Shown here piece by piece: positions 54,098 through 63,292 of a stretch of DNA of 64,000 bases (its first letter is position 1; each line of letters begins with the position of its first letter). The position numbers and the translations under genes are program-made. The notes under the pieces were generated by a model. It ran no database searches, had not been told where the DNA came from, and saw only the letters and a list, made by a program, of their open reading frames with translations. The DNA comes from Oligoflexales bacterium (GTDB taxonomy: Bacteria > Bdellovibrionota_B > Oligoflexia > Oligoflexales > Bog-1112), in the NCBI GenBank assembly GCA_045105515.1, contig JBGCDR010000035.1, forward strand, positions 413-64,412, in the 5' to 3' direction.

Positions 54098-56629
54098 TTA
54101 GCGAAGTTCTGAACCAACTCTTTGCTTCAGCCACTGTAAGAGATTTTGAGATTCCTTCTCAACTTCCTTGTCTGTCAATGTCTTTTCTAAAGACTCGAAC
54201 ACGAAAGATGCGGCCATGCTTTTCTTACCTGACTCAACATGCTCACCCTGATAAAGGTCGAATAAACGCATTCTTTTGAGGTTCTTTTTCTTAGGAAATT
54301 CATTCACAGCTTTTTCAAGGTTTGCATAACTGAGCCCTTCATCTACCACCAGAGCAAAATCACGAATCACAGCAGGAAATTTTCGTGGACGTGGGTCTAC
54401 ATCTTGCTTCTGGTCTTGCGCCATATAAAGAGCTTCAAGGTCCAATTCAAAAACTACCGGACTTTCACCACCCAACTCCCAATCAAGTGCGGAGCTTGGG
54501 TGGAGCTCACCGACAAAACCAAGGACATGGCTTCCAGATATAATTTTTGCACAAGCACCCGGGTGCATAAATGGCAGCTCAGACTCCGAAGGACGATGCC
54601 ACTCCAAACAATAAAGCCCAAAACTAGCGCACAAGGCCTCAACGACCCCTTTTCCATGAAAGAAATGAGCTTGTTCTTCGGCATGATCCCACCCCTGCTC
54701 ACGGTAAAGGTGATCAAAGATTCCAGCAACTAAGTTACGCTCAATAGGCCTAGATTTTTCGCCATGAGCTTTAGCGGTTAGATGCAACTCATCTCTATCC
54801 CAGTCACTAAATAGCGGATATTGCTTTTTATCCAAGGTTACCGCACCGAAATCATAAAAAGCCCGCCCCACCTCAAAAAGTCGCGAACCCTTATGCCCAT
54901 GATGCCTGTTGAGGCGACTGGCTTTCAATAAACCCGGAATCAATGACGTCTGCATGAAAGCCATTTCCTCATTGAGAGGATTTAGTAATTCTTTAGTAGG
55001 CCAGTATGGATGTCCAATTTTTAGACGAAGTTTTTCATAGTCATGAACGCTATGAAAAGGAAATGAGATTGCTTCTGTAAGTCCTAGTTGAGCAAGTACA
55101 AGCTTAACGCTATCTGTAAATTCAATAATCGGATGCTCAATATTAGGAGTGATATTCATTCTTGGAAGCTCATAAGGGACTTTTTCAAAACCTTCCAAAC
55201 GAGCTACTTCTTCGATGAGATCCACTTCACGAACAATATCATGCCGAAATCCAGGGATCTCAAAAAGCATTCTCTCTGTAGTTTTATCAATTAATTTAAA
55301 CTGCAAAGCACTTAAGTGCTTAACACAGTCATCCAAACTTAATTGATGAAGATTAAGAAAACTGCGAACACGGGGCAGCCTCAATGCAATTTTAGCAGGA
55401 GTTTGAGGAGCAGGATAAACATCCAATAACTTGCAACTTACTTGCGGTGCTTGCTCACCTACTTCAAGTAAACAACGTTCAAGGAGGGTCCCAACTCTAA
55501 GTGATACCTGATCTATATTCTCTATATGAATCCCTCGTTCAAACCTATGAGACGCTTCTGTATGTAGGCCAAGGCGTTTGCTAGTCTTACGCACTTGTGT
55601 AGGGAAAAAATGCGCTACCTCAATGATCAAATCGCTTGTATCGCTTTTAACCTCAGAATTTGCACCACCCATAATCCCAGCTAAACCAACCGACTTAGTA
55701 CTATCGCAAATAAGTAGATCGCCTGGATCTAATTCAACTGTATTACCATCAAGCGTGGACAAGGTCTCACCTAAAGTGGCTGAACGCACTTCAATGACTC
55801 CACCCTCTAGGTACCTCTTATCATAGGCATGTATTGGCTGACCAAGCTCGAGCATGACATAGTTGGTAACGTCAACCAAAAGATTAATTGGCCTCATGCC
55901 TGCTGCTTTAAGCCTGGTTTGCATCCAAGTAGGTGCAGCTACGGACTTTACTCCTTCGATAGCCAATGCGGTAAACCGAGCGCAGCCTGCATCCGCAGCA
56001 ATCTTAACTTTTACTTTTTCACTAGTCTGAAATTCTCCACTACCACATTTAATATCAGGAAGCCTCAAAGTCCGGCCTAACTTTGCAGCTAGATCCCTGG
56101 CAAGTCCAACGTAACTCAGACAATCTGCCCTATTAGGAGTAAGTGATATATCAAGAATAATGTCATCAGTATTTACGTAATCAGCAATAGGAGAACCTAG
56201 CTTCCAGTCAGCTGTAATTTCTAAAATTCCCTCGTTTGCTTCTGAAATACTGAGTTCTTTTTCACTACATAACATACCCTGTGAAGGTTCGCCGCGAATT
56301 TTACTCGCCTTAATTTTGAAATCAGGTGCTAGTTGAGTGCCAACAGTTGCTACCGCAACTTTTAGACCGCTACGAGCATTCGGAGCGCCACAAACAATTT
56401 TTAATAGTTCACCGGCCCCAACATCCACATCACAAAGCTGTAAGCTGTCCGCTCCAGGGTGTTTTGCAGCAGTTTTTATTTGCCCGACAATGACTCCCTT
56501 TGGGATTGGAGCGATGGTTTCACTACCTTCAACCTCATGACCAAGCTGAGTTAGTGTTTCGGCAATAATTTCTGGTGAGAGATCTGAAAAATCACAATAT
56601 TCATTAAGCCAGTTTAGTGATACCAACAT
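54098..56629 (-). CDS. pheT: Phenylalanine--tRNA ligase beta subunit
   Basis: N-terminal MLVSLNWLNEY..., a tRNA-binding (OB) domain, B3/4 and B5 domains and a C-terminal FDLYQGEHV..GKKS anticodon-binding block. Immediately downstream of pheS. Confidence 0.95.
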   Translation of the reverse strand: MLVSLNWLNEYCDFSDLSPEIIAETLTQLGHEVEGSETIAPIPKGVIVGQIKTAAKHPGADSLQLCDVDVGAGELLKIVCGAPNARSGLKVAVATVGTQLAPDFKIKASKIRGEPSQGMLCSEKELSISEANEGILEITADWKLGSPIADYVNTDDIILDISLTPNRADCLSYVGLARDLAAKLGRTLRLPDIKCGSGEFQTSEKVKVKIAADAGCARFTALAIEGVKSVAAPTWMQTRLKAAGMRPINLLVDVTNYVMLELGQPIHAYDKRYLEGGVIEVRSATLGETLSTLDGNTVELDPGDLLICDSTKSVGLAGIMGGANSEVKSDTSDLIIEVAHFFPTQVRKTSKRLGLHTEASHRFERGIHIENIDQVSLRVGTLLERCLLEVGEQAPQVSCKLLDVYPAPQTPAKIALRLPRVRSFLNLHQLSLDDCVKHLSALQFKLIDKTTERMLFEIPGFRHDIVREVDLIEEVARLEGFEKVPYELPRMNITPNIEHPIIEFTDSVKLVLAQLGLTEAISFPFHSVHDYEKLRLKIGHPYWPTKELLNPLNEEMAFMQTSLIPGLLKASRLNRHHGHKGSRLFEVGRAFYDFGAVTLDKKQYPLFSDWDRDELHLTAKAHGEKSRPIERNLVAGIFDHLYREQGWDHAEEQAHFFHGKGVVEALCASFGLYCLEWHRPSESELPFMHPGACAKIISGSHVLGFVGELHPSSALDWELGGESPVVFELDLEALYMAQDQKQDVDPRPRKFPAVIRDFALVVDEGLSYANLEKAVNEFPKKKNLKRMRLFDLYQGEHVESGKKSMAASFVFESLEKTLTDKEVEKESQNLLQWLKQRVGSELR

Positions 56630-56659
56630 ACGAAGAGCCCTTAACTTTAATTCAGTAAA

Positions 56660-57712
56660 TTAGCGGTAAATAGGAAATTGAGATAGATAGCGATAATCTC
56701 CGGTAAACATCTGCCGGAGATCAGGAAGTCCATACGCAAGCATAGCCATTCTATCTATGCCAAAACCAAAGGCAAAACCCGTATATTCTTCACTATCGTA
56801 TTGCACGGACTCAAAAACATTTGGATGAATCATGCCTGAGCCTCCAATTTCTAGCCAACCAGTATGGCTACAAACTCGACACCCTTTTCCTCTGCAGATG
56901 GTGCACTGTAAATCTACTTCCGCTCCTGGCTCAACGAATGGAAAAAAGCTGGGTCGGAAACGAGTTTGCAAGTCGTTTCCAAATACACTTTTAAGGAAAG
57001 AATCAATAACACCTTTGAGATGCGAGAAAGAAATACCTCGATCAACAACTACACACTCAATCTGATGAAACATCGGGGTATGAGTTGCATCGTTATCGAC
57101 TCGATATACCCTGCCAGGCGCAACAAGGCGCACAGGAGGCCTCTCTTGAAGCATGGCGTGAATCTGAATATTGGAAGTATGGGTCCGTAGCAAAAAATTT
57201 TTATCTTTGAGAAAAAACGTATCTTGCATATCTCTTGCTGGGTGGTGTTCAGGAATATTCAAAGCACTAAAATTATAAAAATCTTGATCGATTTCCGGCC
57301 CATCATAGACTGTGAAGCCTAGGCGCCTAAATGCTTTGAGGAGCAAACTACGCATAAGTGTCACAGGGTGTAAGGAACCTTGAGTGACTTTGCCTTTAAG
57401 TGGCAAACTTATATCAATCGGAGTGCGAGAAAGCTTCTCCTCAATTTCAAAACCAACGGCTAGCTCCTTTAGCTGACCCACCTCTCCCTCAATAGATTGG
57501 CGTAGCTGATTGATTGCTTTCCCAGCCTCCGGGCGCTCTGCTTTGTCCACTGACTTTAGGTCTTCATACAATTTATTCAGAGCACCTTTTCGACCTAGCC
57601 AGCTGACCCTAAGCTCTTCAATAAGGCTGGAACGCGGTGTTTCCTTAACCTTTGTAGCTTCGGTAGTAAATTTTTCCTGTAGTTTTCGTGCATTATCTAT
57701 GAGGCTTGCCAC
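56660..57712 (-). CDS. pheS: Phenylalanine--tRNA ligase alpha subunit
   Basis: Class II aaRS motifs HPARDMQDTFF, LRTHTS, GRVYRVD, FFPFVEPG and GFAFGFGIDRMAML. GTG start. Confidence 0.95.
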   Translation of the reverse strand: MASLIDNARKLQEKFTTEATKVKETPRSSLIEELRVSWLGRKGALNKLYEDLKSVDKAERPEAGKAINQLRQSIEGEVGQLKELAVGFEIEEKLSRTPIDISLPLKGKVTQGSLHPVTLMRSLLLKAFRRLGFTVYDGPEIDQDFYNFSALNIPEHHPARDMQDTFFLKDKNFLLRTHTSNIQIHAMLQERPPVRLVAPGRVYRVDNDATHTPMFHQIECVVVDRGISFSHLKGVIDSFLKSVFGNDLQTRFRPSFFPFVEPGAEVDLQCTICRGKGCRVCSHTGWLEIGGSGMIHPNVFESVQYDSEEYTGFAFGFGIDRMAMLAYGLPDLRQMFTGDYRYLSQFPIYR

Positions 57713-57854
57713 AGTTCTACTCGCTTTTAAAATTAAGTTCCTTGAAAACAGAGGTACTCAAACCCCCAAAACCCCTTCACATCCAAGACAAAAACTTTGG
57801 GGATCGAGGGCAATATGTCTATTAGATTTAGAGACCAAACTAATATCTCGGCCA

Positions 57855-59042
57855 TTATATGGCTTCGACAGCCTCTTGCAACCTTTGAGTCCCTTTACGG
57901 ATCGTATCTTCATCGGTAGCATAGCTCAGACGCAAGTAACCCGGACTGCCAAAAGCCTCTCCGGGGACAACTGCAATATGCTTTTCTTCAAGTAAATATT
58001 CACAAAAAGCCATGGTGTCAGTGTCTTCAAACTTCTTGCTATTTTTCAGTGCAGGGCGCACATCAATAAATAGATAAAATGCGCCTTGCGGCTGAATATA
58101 ACCGAGGCCTTTGATAGATTTTATTCCATCAACTGCCAAGTCTCTTCGAGCTTTTAATAAAGAAATCTGCTCCGACATCAGTGGCGAGCCCTGCTTGATC
58201 GCCCAGCAAGCTGCCTCTTCGACAAAAGGAGGTAGGCAAGTTGATGAGTGGCTCTGCAGACTCTTCACAAGTTTCATAACCTTTGCTGGGCCACAACAAT
58301 AGCCTACTCTCCAGCCAGTCATAGCAAAGCTTTTAGACAACCCATTGACGAGGATAAACTGCTCGCGCAGCTCTGGACAAACTTTCAGCAGCGATACATG
58401 TGGAGTATCAAAAGTAAGGTATTCATAGATCTCATCAGAGACTACCCACCAGTCCTTTTGCGCTAAATAATTACCCAAAGCCTTTAATTCATCTTGTGAC
58501 AATGCGTATCCTGCGGGATTATTAGGGGAGCAGAGCAAATATGCTGCAGTCTTTGGGCTACGGTATTCTTCAATAATTTGGGGATCAAAACATGGCTTTC
58601 CATCAACCATAGGTAATAGAACAGGCACCCCACCTGCCGCTTTGATTTGATCCTGATAACTAACCCAAAAAGGAGCGGTCAAAAGCACCTCGTCTCCATC
58701 ATTTAGTAGAGAAAGCGAAAGATGGAACAAAATTTCTTTCGCACCTATGCCACAGACAATCTGCTCTGGAGGGTAGTCTAATCCATTCTCTCTTGATAGC
58801 TTTTCACTGATTGCCGTGCGGAAAGCTATACCACCGCCTGCAGGTCCATACTTGGTTTTTCCAGATTCAAGAGCCTTGATAGCAATATCTACCACTTGTT
58901 TTGGAGTACCATAATCAGGTTCCCCAACTGCAAAGTTCAAGACATCTGCACCACTTGCTTTTAGTTGCTTTGCCTTACTGTTCAAAGCCACAGTTGGAGA
59001 AACTTGCAAACTGCTAATTTTTTTTGAAACTTCCATACTCAT
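57855..59042 (-). CDS. aspC: Class I/II pyridoxal-phosphate aminotransferase (aspartate aminotransferase-like)
   Basis: NFAVGEPD, NPAG, SDEIYEY and the PLP-lysine block LSKSFAMTGWRVGY, plus RLSYA near the C-terminus. Confidence 0.88.
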   Translation of the reverse strand: MSMEVSKKISSLQVSPTVALNSKAKQLKASGADVLNFAVGEPDYGTPKQVVDIAIKALESGKTKYGPAGGGIAFRTAISEKLSRENGLDYPPEQIVCGIGAKEILFHLSLSLLNDGDEVLLTAPFWVSYQDQIKAAGGVPVLLPMVDGKPCFDPQIIEEYRSPKTAAYLLCSPNNPAGYALSQDELKALGNYLAQKDWWVVSDEIYEYLTFDTPHVSLLKVCPELREQFILVNGLSKSFAMTGWRVGYCCGPAKVMKLVKSLQSHSSTCLPPFVEEAACWAIKQGSPLMSEQISLLKARRDLAVDGIKSIKGLGYIQPQGAFYLFIDVRPALKNSKKFEDTDTMAFCEYLLEEKHIAVVPGEAFGSPGYLRLSYATDEDTIRKGTQRLQEAVEAI

Positions 59043-59157
59043 GCCTATACAGGTTTAATATATGCTACTCAGTGCAATACAATATCAAATCTGCATCGGA
59101 TAGAAAAAAAGAAAGCTGCAATTATAAATAAGTGGGGACTAAGGCCTGTAAATTGAG

Positions 59158-59358
59158 TGTAAGCTCACCAAGCAGATCAACGCGCGGTAGAACCCACCTT
59201 CTGATAGGTGGGTGCCACACAACCGTTTTAGGCTTCCCTCTACCTGAGTTCGCATATATGTTAATGCGAAATGGAGGGCTTGCACACCGCGGATAGATTA
59301 GGTTCCCTTTTTAAGAGCATCGGTTCTCCGGCAATTTAACCTAGCCGATGAGCTTACA
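59158..59358. ncRNA. Candidate structured RNA of about 200 nt. Class and strand unresolved.
   Basis: Nested perfect helices. P1 pairs 59158-59167 with 59349-59358 (10 bp). CGCGG 59183-59187 pairs with CCGCG 59287-59291. Hairpin ACCCACC/GGTGGGT spans 59192-59213. CCCTC 59236-59240 pairs with GAGGG 59274-59278 and encloses hairpin TTCGCAT/ATGCGAA at 59249-59270. TAGGTT pairs with AACCTA (about 59308-59342). A possible AACCG/CGGTT tertiary pair exists. The region is non-coding and more GC-rich than its flanks. Confidence 0.4.
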
Positions 59359-59562
59359 AAGCAAGAATACCATAAATACAAAAAAATAAAACAGCTAGAC
59401 GAATGCGAGTATAGATGCCTTGACTTACTCCGCTGAGTATGAATGAAAAATAGGTTCCATTACTCGGGTGAAATTTGCTTATAATCTAATTTAATTTCAA
59501 GAGAGTATCTGGCCTTAAGCTCAACTTCTCGGCCTAATAATATTTCAAGGGGATTTTCACAT

Positions 59563-59793
59563 ATGACACGAATAGTAGTTTCGAAAGTAGGTCCAGATAA
59601 AAAAATTGATGTAAAAATCAATGTCCATTCACTAGATAAGGTTGAGGCATACCACACAAAAGACACCTTATCCTCTCGAGTTTCACTTACAAAAGAGTCT
59701 GGCAGCATATTTTTGCTGCCACAAGAAACCCAATGGAAGGAGGGAGAAGAAGTTAACATTCTCATAAACTATCCAAAGCAAGTATTTAGCTAA
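59563..59793 (+). CDS. Small hypothetical protein (76 aa)
   Basis: K/E/V-rich composition like real genes in this window, with AGGGG 11 nt upstream of the ATG. The competing antisense ORF (59460-59765) is S/F/L-rich, like a shadow frame. Still weak. Confidence 0.3.
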   Translation: MTRIVVSKVGPDKKIDVKINVHSLDKVEAYHTKDTLSSRVSLTKESGSIFLLPQETQWKEGEEVNILINYPKQVFS

Positions 59794-59945
59794 TTTTTGA
59801 TCTGACCGAACAGAAGCGCTCTTTAAACATTCTTCGCACAAGTCCTAGGATCTGCTAGTGTTCTCATAGAAATGAATAATAAGCTCATAACTTCAACGTC
59901 TCCATGTTAAAGTTGATGATGTTACATTTTTTAGGGGAGAGTGAC

Positions 59946-62828
59946 ATGAGGTGGCATTACACACTTCTAGTAGTGGCACTTTTGGCCACAGGAATCTACT
60001 TTATGCCAGGTAAATTTAGCCAATATCTCAATAAGGAACAGCAGACTTTGATAGACCTGAACTGGAAGCATCCCAATGACAAAAGGCAATACAAATCCCT
60101 AACACTCCCCAACAATCTTGAAATTTTATTAGTCTCAGACCCTAGCTTAAATAAATCTGCAGCATCGCTTGATGTCGGTGTCGGTAGTTTAGAAGACCCT
60201 AAAGAACACCTTGGACTAGCTCATTTCCTTGAACATATGCTCTTTCTTGGAACTGAAAAATATCCAGACATCGAAGAGTATAGCCGCTACCTCCATTCCT
60301 ACCAAGGGTCATCCAACGCTTACACAGCGGCAGAGAACACAAACTACCACTTTGAAGTCAATCATGAAGGGTTCGAGGGCTCGCTCGACCGTTTTGCTCA
60401 ATTTTTTATCGCTCCAACTTTTAATCCAGAATTTGTTGAACGTGAGCTCAAAGCTGTCCATTCAGAACATCAAAAAAACCTCCAAGACGACTATTGGCGT
60501 TCTCGAATGATAATCAGGAAGCTACACAAAACCGGACACCCAAGACAAAAGTTTTCTACTGGGGACAAGAATACCTTAAGCAAGGTAAATCGTGAAATTT
60601 TAATGGAATTCCACAAAAGACACTACTCAGCCAATCAAATGAAACTTGCTATTCTTTCAAAGTACTCACTTGATGAACTAAGTGAAATGGTGAAAAAGTA
60701 TTTTACCGAGGTACCAAACTATGATCGTAAAAAACTAGAGTATGACTCTGAAATATTTTCAAATGAACAACTGCCTAGGCTTATAAGCATTAAACCAATT
60801 AAAGATATTAAGAAACTTACCCTGTTTTTCCCAACGCCAAGCAAAGAACCTTATTGGAAATCTAAACCTGGTTCAACCATTAGCCACTTAGTCGGGCATG
60901 AAGGGCAAGGTTCCCTATTAAGCAAACTAAAGAAAGAAAACTTAGTCACCAGCCTAAGCACATGGCTAGAATCAAGTTCCTATGCAGGCATGTTCCAAGT
61001 TGACATGACTCTAACTGAAAAAGGTGTCGCAGAAAAAGATCGCATTATCGAACTGTTTTTTTCTTATATCAAGATGCTCAAGAAGCAAGGTTACCAGCAT
61101 TATATTTATGAAGAACGAAAAACCATGTCCGATATAAACTATGTTTATCGGGACTTAAAGGAAGGTAGCTATGTAGTAGCTGCGTACGCATCAAAAATGC
61201 ACGATCACCCTCCCCTTGAAATAGACCGCCGGGAAATGCTAATTCATGAGTACAACGACAAAGATTTCAGCCTTTTCTTGAATATGATCAAACCTAATCA
61301 AATGAGCGTTGTTCTAAGCAATAAAAATGTGGAAACTGATCAAGTTGAGACCAACTATGGTACCCATTATAAAGTTGAAAAACTATCGCCAGTACTAGTC
61401 GAAAAGTGGCAAAAATCAAATATCGATCCATATTTTAATCTACCTTCAATCAACGATTTCATTCCAAAAAAGCTAGAAATCTTAAGTTCGGTAGAAAAAA
61501 CCCATCCCTATAAATTAGTTGACAATGAGTGGGGTGTTTTTTGGTTTCAACAAGACGATTACTTCAAATTACCTAAAGCAAATGTACAACTTCTACTTTT
61601 CAACAATAAAGTCAACACTGATCCCAAAGCTAAGATAATGTCGCTATTATATACTATGGCATTATCAGAGGGGCTCAATGAGTGGAACTATGATATCAGC
61701 TTAGCTGGACTTAACTATACAGTTTCGCGGACAGATCGAGGGATCCAACTAGATTTTTCCGGCTATGCAGAAAGCATTCCCCATCTCATGGAAGAGCTAG
61801 TATCAAAGCTTACTACCATTTCAATCGATGAAAAGCGATTTGATTCTCTAAAAAATGACCTCAAGCGAAATATTGCCAATGCTAGGTTAGATGTGGCCTA
61901 CCAACAGCTTCTTTATGAAATTAAGTTCTTAAGCTCGAAGTCTTTAATTCATAGAGATGAAATCTACAATCCATCTAGTGATATAGATTTGATTACTCCT
62001 GTTACTCTAAATGCTTTGAAGGAATATGTTTCTAAATTATACTCAGACATTGGTATAGAAGGCTCAGCCTATGGCAGTTTACGGCCGGATGATCTGCAAA
62101 AAGCTATCCAAACTTACTACACAAAACTCAAAGTCAAGCCAATTCCAGAAGCTCTAAGAAAGCAAGTGGAGACTATTAAATTTAAGGCAGGAAACCCAAA
62201 AGCTAAGCTAATAGCTTCTGACTCGCATAATCATTGTTGGGGGAGTAGTGCACAATTTGGGCTTCGCGACCCTAAATTAAACGCTGCGATTAGGGTTGGA
62301 CACGCCCACCTGAAGACAAGCTTCTTTACAGAACTCAGGACCAAACAACAGTTGGGTTATGTCGTATACAGTGGTTTAAACCATTCAGAAAAATCTCTTG
62401 GGATGTTGTTTCTAGTCCAGTCTTCAGATTATAATCCTTTTCTCATTTCCAATAAAGTGGAGCAATGGAAGGACAGTGCTTTAAAAGAGCTCGAAACGCT
62501 CTCAGAAGAGCAACTGCAAGCATACAAGCAAGCTGTTGCATCAGAACTACGAGAGTCTGACAAAACTATGGCTGAAAAGCACCAAACCAATATCTTCGAA
62601 ACTATTATCCTTGAAGGACAGTTCCAGTATAAAGAAAAGATTGCGTCGGCAGTAGAATCCCTCAATAAAGAAAAGGTCTTATCAGCTTTTAAACAAGCTT
62701 TTTCTCAAGAAGCAGAAGCATACCTCTCTGTATACCTTTATTCCAAAAAAGATCAAAGTCGCCTAGAAATACGAGAAGAGCTGATCAACGATGTCAAAGC
62801 TTATAAGCAAGGTTCTGCAATTTTTTAG
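59946..62828 (+). CDS. M16-family (pitrilysin / insulin-degrading-enzyme-like) zinc metallopeptidase, membrane-anchored or secreted
   Basis: Inverted zinc motif HFLEHMLFLGT (HxxEH) with downstream ...NAYT..E.T.Y. There are four M16-type half-domains over about 960 aa. The ATG at 59946 (MRWHYTLLVVALLATG, behind GGGGAGAG) is preferred over the track start at 59904. Confidence 0.85.
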   Translation: MRWHYTLLVVALLATGIYFMPGKFSQYLNKEQQTLIDLNWKHPNDKRQYKSLTLPNNLEILLVSDPSLNKSAASLDVGVGSLEDPKEHLGLAHFLEHMLFLGTEKYPDIEEYSRYLHSYQGSSNAYTAAENTNYHFEVNHEGFEGSLDRFAQFFIAPTFNPEFVERELKAVHSEHQKNLQDDYWRSRMIIRKLHKTGHPRQKFSTGDKNTLSKVNREILMEFHKRHYSANQMKLAILSKYSLDELSEMVKKYFTEVPNYDRKKLEYDSEIFSNEQLPRLISIKPIKDIKKLTLFFPTPSKEPYWKSKPGSTISHLVGHEGQGSLLSKLKKENLVTSLSTWLESSSYAGMFQVDMTLTEKGVAEKDRIIELFFSYIKMLKKQGYQHYIYEERKTMSDINYVYRDLKEGSYVVAAYASKMHDHPPLEIDRREMLIHEYNDKDFSLFLNMIKPNQMSVVLSNKNVETDQVETNYGTHYKVEKLSPVLVEKWQKSNIDPYFNLPSINDFIPKKLEILSSVEKTHPYKLVDNEWGVFWFQQDDYFKLPKANVQLLLFNNKVNTDPKAKIMSLLYTMALSEGLNEWNYDISLAGLNYTVSRTDRGIQLDFSGYAESIPHLMEELVSKLTTISIDEKRFDSLKNDLKRNIANARLDVAYQQLLYEIKFLSSKSLIHRDEIYNPSSDIDLITPVTLNALKEYVSKLYSDIGIEGSAYGSLRPDDLQKAIQTYYTKLKVKPIPEALRKQVETIKFKAGNPKAKLIASDSHNHCWGSSAQFGLRDPKLNAAIRVGHAHLKTSFFTELRTKQQLGYVVYSGLNHSEKSLGMLFLVQSSDYNPFLISNKVEQWKDSALKELETLSEEQLQAYKQAVASELRESDKTMAEKHQTNIFETIILEGQFQYKEKIASAVESLNKEKVLSAFKQAFSQEAEAYLSVYLYSKKDQSRLEIREELINDVKAYKQGSAIF

Positions 62829-62834
62829 GGAACA

Positions 62835-62861
62835 CTTGAGCTGATCTCACTCAAGATTTTT
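62835..62861 (+). terminator. Intrinsic terminator downstream of the M16 peptidase gene
   Basis: CTTGAG (62835-62840), a 9-nt loop, CTCAAG (62850-62855), then ATTTTT. It begins 7 nt after the stop codon. Confidence 0.45.
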
Positions 62862-62905
62862 CCTTAGAATCCCACCCTTATTGTTTTTATATACAAACTG
62901 TTTGA

Positions 62906-63091
62906 ATTCTTTTCGTAGGCCTTAGTATAAAAGCAGATAATGACAATATTTTATTCGACTGTAAAGACAGTGGAGTAGGAATATTACCAGAAAAATCTAA
63001 AATCATTTTCGAACCATTTGTCCAAGCCTATGACCAGTGTGACAGGGTGTTTACTGGTGCTTTCAGGCTATCTATTCCAAATCAACATTAG
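62906..63091 (+). pseudogene. Relic of a histidine-kinase HATPase_c domain
   Basis: A 61-codon open segment between stops reads ..GLSIKADNDNILFDCKDSGVGILPEKSKIIFEPFVQAYDQCDRVFTGAFRLSIPNQH*. The G1 (DxGxGI) and F (FEPFxQ) boxes are recognisable and the G2 box is decayed. No upstream HisKA, no start codon and no RBS. Confidence 0.5.
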
Positions 63092-63108
63092 CAGAATTAA
63101 CCAACCCT

Positions 63109-63154
63109 GATCTCCAGCAAAGCAACAGAAATTGCCCAAATACGTTCGAAATGA
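63109..63154. repeat. 46-bp direct repeat, copy 1
   Basis: GATCTCCAGCAAAGCAACAGAAATTGCCCAAATACGTTCGAAATGA. It is 44/46 identical to the copy at 63216-63261. Confidence 0.9.
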
Positions 63155-63215
63155 CCTTATGAACAATTATTCAGCTCTATATTAAGCCTTCTCGACTGAG
63201 TCCTGCGAATGGAGA

Positions 63216-63261
63216 GATCTCCAGCAAAGCAACAGAGATTACCCAAATACGTTCGAAATGA
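63216..63261. repeat. 46-bp direct repeat, copy 2
   Basis: GATCTCCAGCAAAGCAACAGAGATTACCCAAATACGTTCGAAATGA. The start-to-start spacing between copies is 107 bp. Confidence 0.9.
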
Positions 63262-63292
63262 GAATATCAAAATCTGTTTTCTCGAAAAAAAT

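Noticed and set aside
59183-59220. T-box leader (GGTGGGTTCTACCGCG on the minus strand resembles the GGGTGGTACCGCG T-box) for aspC-pheST, or a tRNA-like anticodon arm
   Set aside because: The GGTGGGT segment is fully paired with ACCCACC in a simple hairpin. No Stem I specifier, AG-bay or GNUGNGA elements are present. No terminator/antiterminator alternative is evident before the downstream T-run. The 8-nt loop and 7-bp stem do not fit a tRNA.
59249-59270. dif-like XerC/D site (TTCGCATATATGTTAATGCGAA)
   Set aside because: The arms are a perfect 7-bp palindrome with an 8-bp spacer. The conserved XerD arm TTATGTTAAAT is absent. The element fits better as a hairpin inside the structured-RNA candidate.
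59460-59765. 101-aa minus-strand ORF overlapping the 76-aa plus-strand ORF
   Set aside because: Its S/F/L/T-rich composition is typical of the antisense of a K/E-rich gene. The plus-strand ORF has the better RBS. Neither is strongly supported.
63109-63261. Possible CRISPR array
   Set aside because: There are only two repeat copies, the repeat is 46 bp and non-palindromic, no cas genes are present, and the spacer-length logic is not met.
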